Positions 1-9,728 of a DNA stretch of 64,000 nt are shown here, in pieces (position 1 is the stretch's first letter; every line of letters starts with the position of its first letter). The stretch is taken from positions 1,953-65,952 of the forward strand of contig JBILKZ010000004.1 of the NCBI GenBank assembly GCA_044376405.1, read 5' to 3'. A program made the position numbers and the translations under genes. The notes beneath the pieces are model-generated. The model was not told where the DNA came from and searched no databases. It was given only the letters and a program-made list of their open reading frames with translations. Origin of the DNA: Pirellulales bacterium (GTDB lineage: Bacteria > Planctomycetota > Planctomycetia > Pirellulales > UBA1268).

Positions 1-1533
1 GTTGTGCCGCAGCCCGAGCGTGTGCCCCACCTCGTGCATCGCGACGAGCTTGAGTCCCTGGAGAACGAGCTTTTCCTTGTTGGCGTCGGAAAGTCCCCCT
101 TCGGCACCGGCGGCCAAGGCGGTCGCCGCCAGCGCGGTCTCACGGGCGTGGCCGTCGAAGAGCGAGCAGCCGTCGCAGCTGTGCTGCCGGCCATGACCGT
201 GGAGCGTGCCACCGGTAAGACTCGCCACGCTCTGCGGCGTGAAGGTCTCGTATTCGGTCCGCCAGAACCGGAGGAAGTCGCCGTCGAAGATGATGTCGGC
301 GTCGAGGATCTGGCCCGTCCTCGGGTTCACCCGGGACGGCCCCATGGCAAAGCTCGCACCGGCGGTGATCCAGCGAAACGTGTTGTAGTTGACGTCCTCG
401 GGATCCCAGTCGGTCACGTCGGGCTGCTGGCGGACCTCGATGGCCGTGGCGAAGCCTGCCTTCTCGAAGGCATCGTTCCACACCTCGATGCCCTCTCGGA
501 TCGCCTGCCGATACTTGAACGGCACGGTCTTCTCGATCCAGAACACGATCGGCTTTTTCGGAGGCGACACTGCCGCCGCGGCATCCGCCTTCTCCAGGTT
601 CCAGCGGTTGATGAAGCGGACGAATCGGTCCTCGTCGACCTTCTGCGAGAAGTCCTTCAGTGCCGTCACGAAGTAGCCCACGCGATCGTCGGCCAGCCGC
701 GGCCGGTAGCTGTTCTGCGGGAGCAGGCTGAGCGAGTAGTGCACCGTGATCGTCGCGCCGCGTGAATCGGGCACCGTGTCGATGTCCCGCGAACCGCTCG
801 AGCCATAAGTGGCGGCAACCTCGAGTTCGACGTTGTCGGGAAAGCCCTTGACCCGCGCCCACGTGGAGCGATCCCTCGCGAAGGAAAAGCCGGGCAGCTC
901 CCTGGAGATCTGCGGGAGATCGCTGAGGAAGATCGGCGCCAGGTCGATGACGTGGCCGCCGGCGGGGCCGGTCGTCGCGATGGGCAGGCTGAACAGCACG
1001 CTGTCGGTGTAGGCGAGATCGACCGCCTTTTCCTCCGGGCTTCCCTTGTCGGCGAAAAACCGCACGTTCTTGCGGATGACCTGGATGTTGTCGTCGACCT
1101 TACGGAACTGCCAGACCCAGTCGTCGCCAAAACCGAGGCTCATGCCGCCCAGCAGGAATCGGTCGCCGATGCCACGGGCGATCGAGATCAGCACGAAGAA
1201 TTCCTTGCCGAGCAGGGAGTCGGTGAGTTCGGCATAGACCTTGTCATCTTTCCGCCAGAGTGGAATCAGGCCGTTGACCTTGGTGGCATCCTTCAGCAGC
1301 ACGGCGAACGCCGGCTTGTTGCTCTTGCCTTCGCTCTTGGCGTCGGCTGGGGCGGCGTCCTTGGCGGGAGTCGCTTGGGCAGGTGGGGCAGGCGGAGCGG
1401 GCGCATCGGCCTTGGGCTGCTGATTCGCGGTCTTCGCAGCGGCGTCTTCAGCCCGCAAGTTCGGAGGGATCGCCGAAGCGAATACCAAGAATGCCACGGT
1501 CGTCATCATCACCGTCAGTCGGCTGGTTCGCAT
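1..1533 (-). CDS. secreted zinc-dependent metalloprotease (DUF5117/DUF4953-like), C-terminus cut by window edge
   Basis: Absent from the ORF track because it has no stop inside the window. Own translation of the minus strand gives ATG at 1533-1531 with AAGGAG 11 nt upstream, open for 511 codons down to position 1. The N-terminus MRTSRLTVMMTTVAFLVFASA looks like a signal peptide. The last residues LVAMHEVGHTLGLRHN form an HExxHxxGxxH zincin motif. Confidence 0.8.
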   Translation of the reverse strand, partial: MRTSRLTVMMTTVAFLVFASAIPPNLRAEDAAAKTANQQPKADAPAPPAPPAQATPAKDAAPADAKSEGKSNKPAFAVLLKDATKVNGLIPLWRKDDKVYAELTDSLLGKEFFVLISIARGIGDRFLLGGMSLGFGDDWVWQFRKVDDNIQVIRKNVRFFADKGSPEEKAVDLAYTDSVLFSLPIATTGPAGGHVIDLAPIFLSDLPQISRELPGFSFARDRSTWARVKGFPDNVELEVAATYGSSGSRDIDTVPDSRGATITVHYSLSLLPQNSYRPRLADDRVGYFVTALKDFSQKVDEDRFVRFINRWNLEKADAAAAVSPPKKPIVFWIEKTVPFKYRQAIREGIEVWNDAFEKAGFATAIEVRQQPDVTDWDPEDVNYNTFRWITAGASFAMGPSRVNPRTGQILDADIIFDGDFLRFWRTEYETFTPQSVASLTGGTLHGHGRQHSCDGCSLFDGHARETALAATALAAGAEGGLSDANKEKLVLQGLKLVAMHEVGHTLGLRHN

Positions 1534-1891
1534 CGCGAAAGTCGCTCCTTGTCACATGCCCAAAATGCCCCGGATGGTCGTTGCCCGGAGTCTTTCAAGA
1601 CTAGCATCGCCGTCGGTCGGCGACCAATTTCAGGTTCGCCGGGCAGTTTCGCTCGCGATTCGGCTATCGTGACGGTTCGGGGCTGCCCATGCCCCGTCGC
1701 CGGCCGTTCGCTACAGACATCCTGTCTTTCGCTCACTCGATGCTGACTGCGCTCCGGCATCCTGCCTGCGCTGGTCAGCAACGCCGGCTCTCGGGACACG
1801 GGCAGCCCCTCACGGATTGCATCGAGTTCCATACAAGCCCTAAGCGTCGGCGACGGGATTCTTCGAACTGATCGCCGGTCGCTGCACAACC

Positions 1892-2977
1892 ATGTACCCC
1901 CACACCCATCTCACTTCCCTCTGCCGTCAATGGTGCGCTACCGCGCCGGTGAGTGTTGCGCCGCTGGGTGTGCAGGGATTCAGCGGCTCGCGGGTGTTCG
2001 TCGTGGAGTTTGCCGACACGCCAGGCCAGTTCGTGCTCAAGTGTTTTCACGCCGCCGCGTCGCGCGAGCATGCTACGTTCGTCCACAAGCTCGTGCGGCA
2101 TGTCCGCGGCGAGGGCGTCACCCAGGTGCCGGAGGTGATTCTGGCACTCGACGGCGATACGGTCGTGACTGATGACGAGGGCAGGCACTGGGAACTGTCC
2201 CGCTTCATGCCTGGCGTGGCGGTCCCCTGCCCCACGCCTTCGCAGGCGGCCGCTGCGGCGACGGCCCTGGCGCGGGTGCACCTCGCCGCCGCGAGCCTGC
2301 CGGGCCATCCGCCCCGCCTGCATGTCTCACCAGGAGTCGAACATCGGATCGAACGGTCTCGCCAGTTGCTCACGCAGCCATGGACGGCCCGCCGCGATGC
2401 GTGGTCGCGTGCCGCCCGCCTCTGGATGCCGGCTGACGTGTCCACGGCCCTCGATGCCCGCGTGGCAGCGGCGATCGAAATCTTCACTGCCTCCGACGGC
2501 AACGCCTTCCTCGCGCGCGTCGCCACCACCCAACCTCATAGCTGCGTGCTGCAACCGGTCCTCCGCGACGTCTGGTGCGACAACGTCCTGTTTGCAGATC
2601 GGGCCGACGACGCGGTGACGGCCATCATCGATCTCCATGCCGCGGGGATCGACACACCCGCGACCGATCTGGCCCGACTGGCGGGGAGTTGGGACCCCCT
2701 GCCTCAAGACGACCGGCGTCCTCTCATCGAACGTTGGCCCGAGGCAGTTGCGGCGTATGACCGGGTGCGGCCCTTGCCGCGTGACGAGGCTGCCCTGATT
2801 CCCTTCCTGCATGCCACTGGAGTCGTGTTTGGAATCGATAACTGGTTTCGCTGGACATGCGAGGAACACCGTGAGTTTCCCTCCACGCAGAAGATGCTCG
2901 ACCGCATCGACAGGCTGCTGGCCGCGCTGCCTGGGGCCTTCGCAACGGCATGGCCTGCGGTGGGGAATCTCGATTGA
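1892..2977 (+). CDS. phosphotransferase-family protein (APH/choline-kinase-like kinase fold)
   Basis: 361-aa ORF. Nucleotide-binding-like N-lobe (FVLKCFH) and a catalytic-loop-like segment (VLRDVWCDNVLF...AIIDLHAAG) typical of aminoglycoside/homoserine-kinase-type phosphotransferases. Confidence 0.65.
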   Translation: MYPHTHLTSLCRQWCATAPVSVAPLGVQGFSGSRVFVVEFADTPGQFVLKCFHAAASREHATFVHKLVRHVRGEGVTQVPEVILALDGDTVVTDDEGRHWELSRFMPGVAVPCPTPSQAAAAATALARVHLAAASLPGHPPRLHVSPGVEHRIERSRQLLTQPWTARRDAWSRAARLWMPADVSTALDARVAAAIEIFTASDGNAFLARVATTQPHSCVLQPVLRDVWCDNVLFADRADDAVTAIIDLHAAGIDTPATDLARLAGSWDPLPQDDRRPLIERWPEAVAAYDRVRPLPRDEAALIPFLHATGVVFGIDNWFRWTCEEHREFPSTQKMLDRIDRLLAALPGAFATAWPAVGNLD

Positions 2978-3110
2978 CCGTCAGAAATTGCAGCGGGTAA
3001 ACTGAACGACCGACAAAAGGTATGAGATCCGCTCCATTCGTCCCTGCTCAGGCCGTGACATTGCGGTGCCGGCATTATCCGGCGCCAGATGGAAAGGCCA
3101 GATAGAAAGC

Positions 3111-5081
3111 ATGCATAGTATTTTCCGGCTGCCCAAGATCTGTCGCGCGATCGGGATGCTGCTGGCGTTGCCGGTGGCAGCGGCGGCTGGATTATGGGCA
3201 TCGGCCGCCGATACGGCCCCGTTTGACCCGCTGGCTTCGATTTCGGCTGCCCTTGGTAGTCCGGCCCAGGTGACGGCCGCGATCGAGCCTGGGGCTGAGC
3301 AAGGCATCCTCGTGGTCACGGCCACGCTCGAGGAGGGCTGGCATCTCTACTCGCTGGAGCAGAAGCCCGGTGGCCCGCAGCCCACCAAAATCAACGTAGC
3401 CGCCGATTCGCCGCTCAAGCTCGCTGGGCCTTTTAGGCCCGATGCGGCTCCCCACAGGCGGACCATCAAGGACGTGCCGGGCTGGAACGGCCTCGTGGTC
3501 GAGGAGCACGCCGGCACGGTGACGTGGCGGGCGCCGCTGGCTCCGAATCCGGACGGTAAGGCCGCAGTGCTCCACGGCAGTGTGAGCCTGCAACTCTGCC
3601 GAGACAACGCCTGCACGCCGCCGGAGACGATTCCCTTTACGGCGGTCGCGTCGGGAGCGGCATCTACGGCTGTGGTCACGCCGGCGGCTGCCAGCCCAGA
3701 CGTCGGCCCGGCGTCGTCCAGCATGGATCGGCCGGAAGGTGGGGATTTCGTGGCCGCCGCGCCGGTGGCTGTCGCGGCTCCAGCCGCGGGCAGCGTACCA
3801 CTCTCGCTGCCGGCAGCACTGTTGATGGGCCTCTTGGGAGGATTGATCCTCAACCTGATGCCCTGCGTGCTGCCCGTGCTTGGACTCAAGCTCATGTCGT
3901 TTGCTCAGCAGTCAGGGCGGGCGCGGCAGGAGATCTTCCGGCTCAATCTCTGGTATTGCGCCGGCCTCTACGCCGTGTTCTTCATGCTGGCGACGGCCAG
4001 CGTGGCGGCGAACATCGGCCTGGCGGGCTCGAACCTTGCCTGGGGTGAGCAGTTCACCTCGTCGCGGTTCAACATCGCCATGGCGGCGATCGTGTTTGCC
4101 TTTGCCCTCTCCTTCCTCGGTGTCTGGGAACTCCCGATTCCGGGATTCATCGGTGCCAAGGCGGGCGCGATGCAGTCGCAGGAGGGCCCACTCGCCGCAT
4201 TCCTGAAGGGAGTGCTGAGCACCGTGCTCGCCACGCCCTGCAGCGGCCCTTTCCTTGGCCCAGTCTTCGGCTTCACGCTCACGCAGCCGACCGGCGTGAC
4301 CTATGCCGTCTTCGCCGCGATCGCCACCGGCATGGCCCTGCCCTACCTGCTCGTGGGCGCGTTCCCCGGCCTCGTGAAATTCCTGCCAAAGCCCGGCGCC
4401 TGGATGGAGACACTCAAGGAGGTGCTCGGCTTCGTGATGCTGGGTACGGTCGTCTTCCTGTTCACGTTCCTCGACCACGACTGGTTCGTGCCGACCTTCG
4501 CGCTTCTGATCGGCATCTGGGCCGCCTGCTGGTGGATCGGCCGGGCGCAGCAGGCCCGCGCGGGCGACATCGGGTTTGGCCGCTGGGTGCAGGCCGCCGG
4601 CATCGTGGGCACGGTGGGCAGTCTCGCCTTCATGTTCCTGGGCCCGGTCACGTCGGTGATCCCGTGGGAGCCCTTCTCGCGGGAGCGGCTCACCGACCTG
4701 CGGCAGAAGGGGGCCACGGTGCTGGTCGACTTCTCGGCCGACTGGTGCATGACCTGCAAATACAACCTCGCCACCGCGATCGAAACATCGAAGGTGAAGA
4801 ACGAGATCGAGCGGAACCGCATCGTGCCACTGCTGGCCGACTGGACCGACGGTTCGCCCGAGATCAAGCTGATGCTCGAGAGCCTGCAGAGCAAGTCGAT
4901 CCCGGTGTTGGCGATCTTTCCGCCTGCCCGTTCCGGCGACCGGCCGCCGGAGCCGATCGTGCTCCGTGACCTGATCACCGAAACGCAGGTGCTCTCCGCC
5001 ATCCGTGAGGCCGGGCCATCCCGGGCCGCGCCGGGCGAGATTCGGTCTGCCTCGAAGCCGCTGACGGCCGCTGGTCATTAA
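3111..5081 (+). CDS. dsbD: DsbD-family thiol:disulfide reductase (N-terminal DsbD-alpha-like domain, transmembrane core, C-terminal thioredoxin)
   Basis: ORF 3066-5081; I prefer the ATG at 3111 (MHSIFRLPKICRAIGMLLALPVAAAAG, signal-like). Membrane-core Cys motifs LNLMPCVLPVL and ATPCSGPFLG. C-terminal thioredoxin motif DWCMTC. Confidence 0.8.
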   Translation: MHSIFRLPKICRAIGMLLALPVAAAAGLWASAADTAPFDPLASISAALGSPAQVTAAIEPGAEQGILVVTATLEEGWHLYSLEQKPGGPQPTKINVAADSPLKLAGPFRPDAAPHRRTIKDVPGWNGLVVEEHAGTVTWRAPLAPNPDGKAAVLHGSVSLQLCRDNACTPPETIPFTAVASGAASTAVVTPAAASPDVGPASSSMDRPEGGDFVAAAPVAVAAPAAGSVPLSLPAALLMGLLGGLILNLMPCVLPVLGLKLMSFAQQSGRARQEIFRLNLWYCAGLYAVFFMLATASVAANIGLAGSNLAWGEQFTSSRFNIAMAAIVFAFALSFLGVWELPIPGFIGAKAGAMQSQEGPLAAFLKGVLSTVLATPCSGPFLGPVFGFTLTQPTGVTYAVFAAIATGMALPYLLVGAFPGLVKFLPKPGAWMETLKEVLGFVMLGTVVFLFTFLDHDWFVPTFALLIGIWAACWWIGRAQQARAGDIGFGRWVQAAGIVGTVGSLAFMFLGPVTSVIPWEPFSRERLTDLRQKGATVLVDFSADWCMTCKYNLATAIETSKVKNEIERNRIVPLLADWTDGSPEIKLMLESLQSKSIPVLAIFPPARSGDRPPEPIVLRDLITETQVLSAIREAGPSRAAPGEIRSASKPLTAAGH

Positions 5082-5107
5082 GTTCTGGGCATTCAGTTCC
5101 TACCCAG

Positions 5108-6193
5108 CTACCGCAGGACGACGCGGTCCTGGTCGGCAGTCGCGGCGGTGACCGCGCCGATCTTCCAGTTGTCGTAGCCGAGGTCGGCCAGCTGCCGCTG
5201 GATGCTGTCGGCGAAGTGCGGCGACACGACGAGCACCATGCCCACGCCCATGTTGAAGACGCGGTCCATCTCGGCCGGATCGATGCCGCCGAGCTTCTGC
5301 ACCCAGGGAAACACGCCCGGCACCTGCCACGATCCGCGCTCAAGCTGGACCTGCACATGGTCGGGCACGATCCGGGCCAGATTCTCGACGAGGCCGCCGC
5401 CGGTGATGTGGGCGATGCCGTGCACGACCTGCTTCACGCGGTAGTGGCGGAGCACCGCCTTCACCGGCCGGGCATAGAGCCGCGTCGGTTCGAGAAGCAG
5501 GGTATTGACGGTCTTGTCGCCGAGCGACGCGATCCGATCGTCCCCCTTCAAGCCGCCCATCTCGAAAACCGCCTTCCGCACGAGGCTATAGCCGTTGGAA
5601 TGAAACCCGCTCGAGGCGATGCCGATGGCGACGTCGCCCGGGTGGATCTGCCGGCCATCGACGACGCGGGCTCGCTCGACCACGCCCACGCAGAAACCGG
5701 CGAGGTCGTAGTCGCCGCCGTGGTACATATCGGGCAGGATCGCCGTCTCGCCCCCGACGAGCGCACATTCGCACTCAACACAGGCATCGGCGATGCCCCG
5801 CACGATCTGCTCCAAGAGCGCCGGATCGTCGTGCGACATGGCGACATAGTCGAGGAAGAAGAGCGGCTCGGCACCGGTGCAGAGGGCGTCGTTGACGCTC
5901 ATCGCCACCAGATCGATGCCAACCGTGTGGTGGACCCCGGCGTTCACCGCGACCTTCAGCTTCGTGCCCACGCCGTCCGTGCAGGAGACGAGCATCGGGT
6001 CGACATAGCCACGGGCAAACAGCCCCGGCAGGTCGAGCGCGAAGAGGGCGGCGAATCCCCCCTCCTGGCTCATCACCCGCGGACACTGCGTCCGCCGCAT
6101 GTGCGCGGGTAGGCGGGCCATACCTTCGCGGTAGAGCTCGAGATTGACGCCGGCGCTGGAATAGGTGGCTCCGCTCACGCCACGTATCTTCAC
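5108..6193 (-). CDS. purM: phosphoribosylformylglycinamidine cyclo-ligase (AIR synthetase)
   Basis: Strong PurM signature (SCTDGVGTKLKVA, GIDLVAMSVNDALCTGAEPLFFLDY, VGGETAILPDMY, HSNGYSLVRK, AHITGGG). The track ORF (to 6433) is over-extended. The GTG at 6193 gives a length like E. coli PurM; the ATG at 6253 is the alternative start. Confidence 0.88.
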   Translation of the reverse strand: MKIRGVSGATYSSAGVNLELYREGMARLPAHMRRTQCPRVMSQEGGFAALFALDLPGLFARGYVDPMLVSCTDGVGTKLKVAVNAGVHHTVGIDLVAMSVNDALCTGAEPLFFLDYVAMSHDDPALLEQIVRGIADACVECECALVGGETAILPDMYHGGDYDLAGFCVGVVERARVVDGRQIHPGDVAIGIASSGFHSNGYSLVRKAVFEMGGLKGDDRIASLGDKTVNTLLLEPTRLYARPVKAVLRHYRVKQVVHGIAHITGGGLVENLARIVPDHVQVQLERGSWQVPGVFPWVQKLGGIDPAEMDRVFNMGVGMVLVVSPHFADSIQRQLADLGYDNWKIGAVTAATADQDRVVLR

Positions 6194-6268
6194 CGCGAAG
6201 CGGCGGGCCGCAAGCCCGCCCCGTGGTCCCGCGGTGATCGGCCCCGGCCGCATCCGCCACCGCCCGAA

Positions 6269-8503
6269 ATGGCATGGAATGGTATGATTCCGCCCATGCC
6301 ATCTCGGAAGCCCACGGCTGTCGTCCAGCGTGCCCACGCAGAGCAGCCGCTGCCGCCGCTGCAGTTCAGCCACCCCCTGCCGTACGGCGCGTTGCTCCGG
6401 GATAGGTACGGACTCGAGGTTCAGGGGGTGCAATTCGTCGTCTACAGCCGCTCAGCCACGGCGATGCGGGTGCTGCTCTACGACGCGGTCGACGATCCCG
6501 AGCCGTCGGAGGTGATCGCCCTCGACCCCAACAAGGACCGTTGGGGGGATATCTGGAGCATCTTCGTGCCGGGGATACGGCATGGCCAGCTCTATCACTT
6601 CCAGGCCGACGGGCCGTTCGATCCCGAACGGGGCCATCGGTTCGACGGGCAGGCTCGGCTCATCGATCCCTATTCGCGGGCGCTTGCGGGCCACTTTCTG
6701 CCTGGCACCGACGGCATCATCCGGCCCCCGAAGAGTGTGGTGGTCGACGACTCCTTCGACTGGCAGGGAGACCGGCACGTGCGGCGCGGCCTCGCCGACA
6801 CCGTCATCTATGAAATGCACGTCCGCGGCTTCACGGCCAGTCCGACGAGCGGCGTCGCCCATCCTGGCACATACCTTGGCGTCATTGAAAAGATCCCGTA
6901 TCTGAAGTCGCTCGGTGTGACGGCAGTGGAGTTGATGCCGGTGCACGAGTTTCCCATGGAGCTCCCCAGCGGCGTCCGGCCCGACCAGTTCAACTACTGG
7001 GGCTACGATCCGCTGGCCTTCTTCGCGCCGCACCGTGGCTACGCGGCGGGAAAGGAGCCGGGCTGCCAGGTTCGCGAATTCAAGGAGATGGTCCGGGCCC
7101 TCCATGCCGCCGGCATCGAGGTGATTCTCGACGTCGTCTTCAACCATACCGCCGAGGGCAACCACCTCGGACCCACACTCTCGTTCAAAGGGCTGGAAAA
7201 CCGCGTCTACTACATGCTCGGCGACGCCGGCTACTACCGCAACTACACCGGCTGCGGCAACACGATCAACGGCAATCACCCGATCGTCCGCGAGCTGATC
7301 TTCCTCTGCCTGCGGCACTGGGTGCACAACTACCACATCGACGGCTTCCGATTTGATCTGGCGAGCGTGCTCAGCCGCGACCGCAACGGCGACATCCTGC
7401 CGAATCCGCCGATCGTCGAGCTGATCACCGAAGATCCACTGCTCGCCGACACGAAGATCATCGCCGAAGCGTGGGATGCCGCCGGGGCCTACCAGGTGGG
7501 CTCGTTCGCGAGCCTGCGGTGGGCCGAGTGGAACGGCCGCTATCGCGACGACGTCCGCCGCTACTGGCGGGGCGACTACGCGCAGACCGGACACCTCGCC
7601 ACGCGGCTGGCCGGCTCCAGCGACCTCTACGGCGACGATGGCCGCCAGCCCTATCACAGCATCAACTTCGTCACCTCCCACGACGGCTACACGCTCAACG
7701 ACCTCGTCACCTACCGCGAGAAGCACAACGAGGCCAACGGCGAGGGCAACCGCGACGGCGACAACAACAGCTTTTCAGACAACTACGGGTGCGAAGGGCC
7801 GACCAAGCGAGCCGACATCGAGGCGGTCCGGTCGAGGCAGATCCGCAACATGCTCGCCACGTTGCTCTTGAGCCAGGGCGTGCCGATGGTGCTGGCGGGC
7901 GACGAATGCCGCCGCACGCAGCGGGGCAACAACAACGCCTATTGCCAGGACAACGAGGTCTCCTGGTTCGACTGGAGGCTCGTCGACACCCATGCCGACC
8001 TCGTGCGGTTCACGCGTGAGTTGGTGCGGTTGCGGCTCGACAACCCCACGCTCCGCCGCCGCACGTTTCTGCTGGGGGGGGCGAGCGAGGCGGGGGGGCT
8101 GCCCGACGTGGAGTGGTTCTCGCCGGATGGCAGCCATGTCGACTGGTATGCGGCCGACGCGAGTCTCGTCTGCTTCTTCGGCGCTCCTTCGCAGGAAAAG
8201 CTGGTCCAGGAGAACGACGCGGCGGCGGGGGGCATGGAGGGCAGGCCGCGGCACGTCCTGATCTTCACGCACTCCGGATCGTTGCCCCGCCGCTTCGAAT
8301 TTCCCCGGCCCGAGGCCATCTCATCACTCCCCTGGCGGCTGTTCATCGACACCCGGCGGTCCGCCCCGGACGACATCTTCGTCCTCGGGCAAGGGCCTCT
8401 GGCAGACGTCTCGCAGCCGCTCGACTTGGTGGAGCGGTCGCTGGTCTGCTTCGTGGCGGAGCCTGAGCCGGAACGCAGGGGAATTACCTATCTGCCGTCA
8501 TGA
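6269..8503 (+). CDS. glgX: glycogen debranching enzyme (isoamylase-type, GH13)
   Basis: 744-aa ORF with GlgX hallmarks: VQFVVYS, YEMHVRGFT, GVTAVELMPVHEF, NYWGYDP, ILDVVFNHTAEG, FRFDLASV, EAWD, FVTSHDGYTLND. Confidence 0.9.
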   Translation: MAWNGMIPPMPSRKPTAVVQRAHAEQPLPPLQFSHPLPYGALLRDRYGLEVQGVQFVVYSRSATAMRVLLYDAVDDPEPSEVIALDPNKDRWGDIWSIFVPGIRHGQLYHFQADGPFDPERGHRFDGQARLIDPYSRALAGHFLPGTDGIIRPPKSVVVDDSFDWQGDRHVRRGLADTVIYEMHVRGFTASPTSGVAHPGTYLGVIEKIPYLKSLGVTAVELMPVHEFPMELPSGVRPDQFNYWGYDPLAFFAPHRGYAAGKEPGCQVREFKEMVRALHAAGIEVILDVVFNHTAEGNHLGPTLSFKGLENRVYYMLGDAGYYRNYTGCGNTINGNHPIVRELIFLCLRHWVHNYHIDGFRFDLASVLSRDRNGDILPNPPIVELITEDPLLADTKIIAEAWDAAGAYQVGSFASLRWAEWNGRYRDDVRRYWRGDYAQTGHLATRLAGSSDLYGDDGRQPYHSINFVTSHDGYTLNDLVTYREKHNEANGEGNRDGDNNSFSDNYGCEGPTKRADIEAVRSRQIRNMLATLLLSQGVPMVLAGDECRRTQRGNNNAYCQDNEVSWFDWRLVDTHADLVRFTRELVRLRLDNPTLRRRTFLLGGASEAGGLPDVEWFSPDGSHVDWYAADASLVCFFGAPSQEKLVQENDAAAGGMEGRPRHVLIFTHSGSLPRRFEFPRPEAISSLPWRLFIDTRRSAPDDIFVLGQGPLADVSQPLDLVERSLVCFVAEPEPERRGITYLPS

Positions 8504-8557
8504 TCGGTATGATTGGGAGTGTCCGTTTCCCCAACCCACCCCGTCAGGAGATGCGTG

Positions 8558-9112
8558 ATGCGTACGTCGATGTCCCGTGACCGGAGCCTTTTTGGCATTC
8601 TCCTCGGCATGCTGTCGGTCGGCGTGCTGGGCTGCAGTCCTGTCGCGGCCCCGGTGGCCCCGGCCAAGCCGGTCGCCACGCACGCGGACCATGACAAGCA
8701 TGACAAGCACGCCCACGGCAAACACGACGACCATGACGATGGCAAGGCTGACGATCACGACGATCACGCCCACCCGGAGACGCTGGCCGCCGGCGTCGCG
8801 GAGCTTGAAACCATGTGGGGCCACGTCAAGGCGGCGTTGAAGGCCGATGATCGCGAGAAGGCCGACGAGAAGGTGCACGCGGTCGGCCACCTGCTCGAGG
8901 ATTTCGAGAAACTGCTCGCCAAGGAAAAGGCAGAGGCGCAGGAAGCCGGCAAGAAGGCCACGCAGGATGTATTTGACTGCTTCGACAAACTCGACGAGGC
9001 CTTCCACGGCGACGAAGACGCACTCAAGAAACTCGATCTCGACGCGCTGGGAGAACGGCTCGAGGCGGCCATCAAGTCACTCAAGTCGCTGGCGACGGGG
9101 GAGACGAAGTAG
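8558..9112 (+). CDS. histidine-rich lipoprotein, putative periplasmic metal-binding protein
   Basis: Signal peptide plus lipobox (LSVGVLGCS) when started at the ATG at 8558. A His/Asp tract THADHDKHDKHAHGKHDDHDDGKADDHDDHAHPE is encoded at 8681-8773. The rest is predicted helical and Lys/Glu-rich. Confidence 0.7.
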   Translation: MRTSMSRDRSLFGILLGMLSVGVLGCSPVAAPVAPAKPVATHADHDKHDKHAHGKHDDHDDGKADDHDDHAHPETLAAGVAELETMWGHVKAALKADDREKADEKVHAVGHLLEDFEKLLAKEKAEAQEAGKKATQDVFDCFDKLDEAFHGDEDALKKLDLDALGERLEAAIKSLKSLATGETK

Positions 9113-9162
9113 TCGAGTTCGAAGGCCATCGTGTTTCGCAGACACTTTCAAGGAGGATTTGT

Positions 9163-9720
9163 ATGGTGGCAAGTCAGGTGATGCGGCTGATCTGGCTGGT
9201 GGCGGCATTCGCGATGGTGACAGCCATGGCCGTGGTGCAGCCAGCGGCATGCATGGCGCTGGAGATCGACCCGGCGACTGTTCGCAACCAGTTGGTGCTG
9301 CCCGCCGAGCCGGCTGGGGCGATCTCGCCGACGGCCGCCAAGGAGAAGCTCACGAAGGATCCGCAGCCGATCGTGATCGCCGGCCGCATCGGGGCCCGGG
9401 GGGGCATGGAGCCGTTCCTGGAAAACAAGGCATCGTTCGTGCTCGTTGAGATTCCGGCCGACGATCACGCCAAGAAACCGGGCCACGACAACGACAACTG
9501 CCCGTTCTGCAAGAAGCGTCAGGCCAACTCGCCGATGACGGCCGTGCAGTTTGTGGGTGCCGACGGCAAGGTGCTTCCGGTCGATGCCCGGAAGCTGTTC
9601 AACGTCGCCAAGGGCTCCGAGGTCGTGGTCCGTGGTCAGGGTGTCTTCGACCCGAAGCTGGCAATCCCGGTGATCCAGCTCACGGCCGAGGGGATGTTCG
9701 TTCGCCCACCCGCCAAATAG
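9163..9720 (+). CDS. secreted hypothetical protein with HxxDNCPFC motif
   Basis: Strong AAGGAGG RBS upstream. N-terminal signal-like hydrophobic segment (LIWLVAAFAMVTAMAVV). The motif HAKKPGHDNDNCPFCKK suggests a metal or redox site. Lies 50 nt downstream of the His-rich lipoprotein gene. Confidence 0.7.
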   Translation: MVASQVMRLIWLVAAFAMVTAMAVVQPAACMALEIDPATVRNQLVLPAEPAGAISPTAAKEKLTKDPQPIVIAGRIGARGGMEPFLENKASFVLVEIPADDHAKKPGHDNDNCPFCKKRQANSPMTAVQFVGADGKVLPVDARKLFNVAKGSEVVVRGQGVFDPKLAIPVIQLTAEGMFVRPPAK

Positions 9721-9728
9721 CAGCCACC

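Noticed and set aside
4-1130. Track ORFs 4-765 (+), 140-862 (-) and 666-1130 (-)
   Set aside because: All overlap the much better supported minus-strand metalloprotease frame. Their translations are Arg/Gly/Pro/Ala-rich with no motifs, as expected of GC-driven shadow ORFs.
8681-8773. Repetitive cac/cat/gac-rich DNA considered as a microsatellite or phase-variation tract
   Set aside because: It is an imperfect codon-level repetition that encodes a His/Asp-rich tract, with no exact unit that would support slipped-strand switching.
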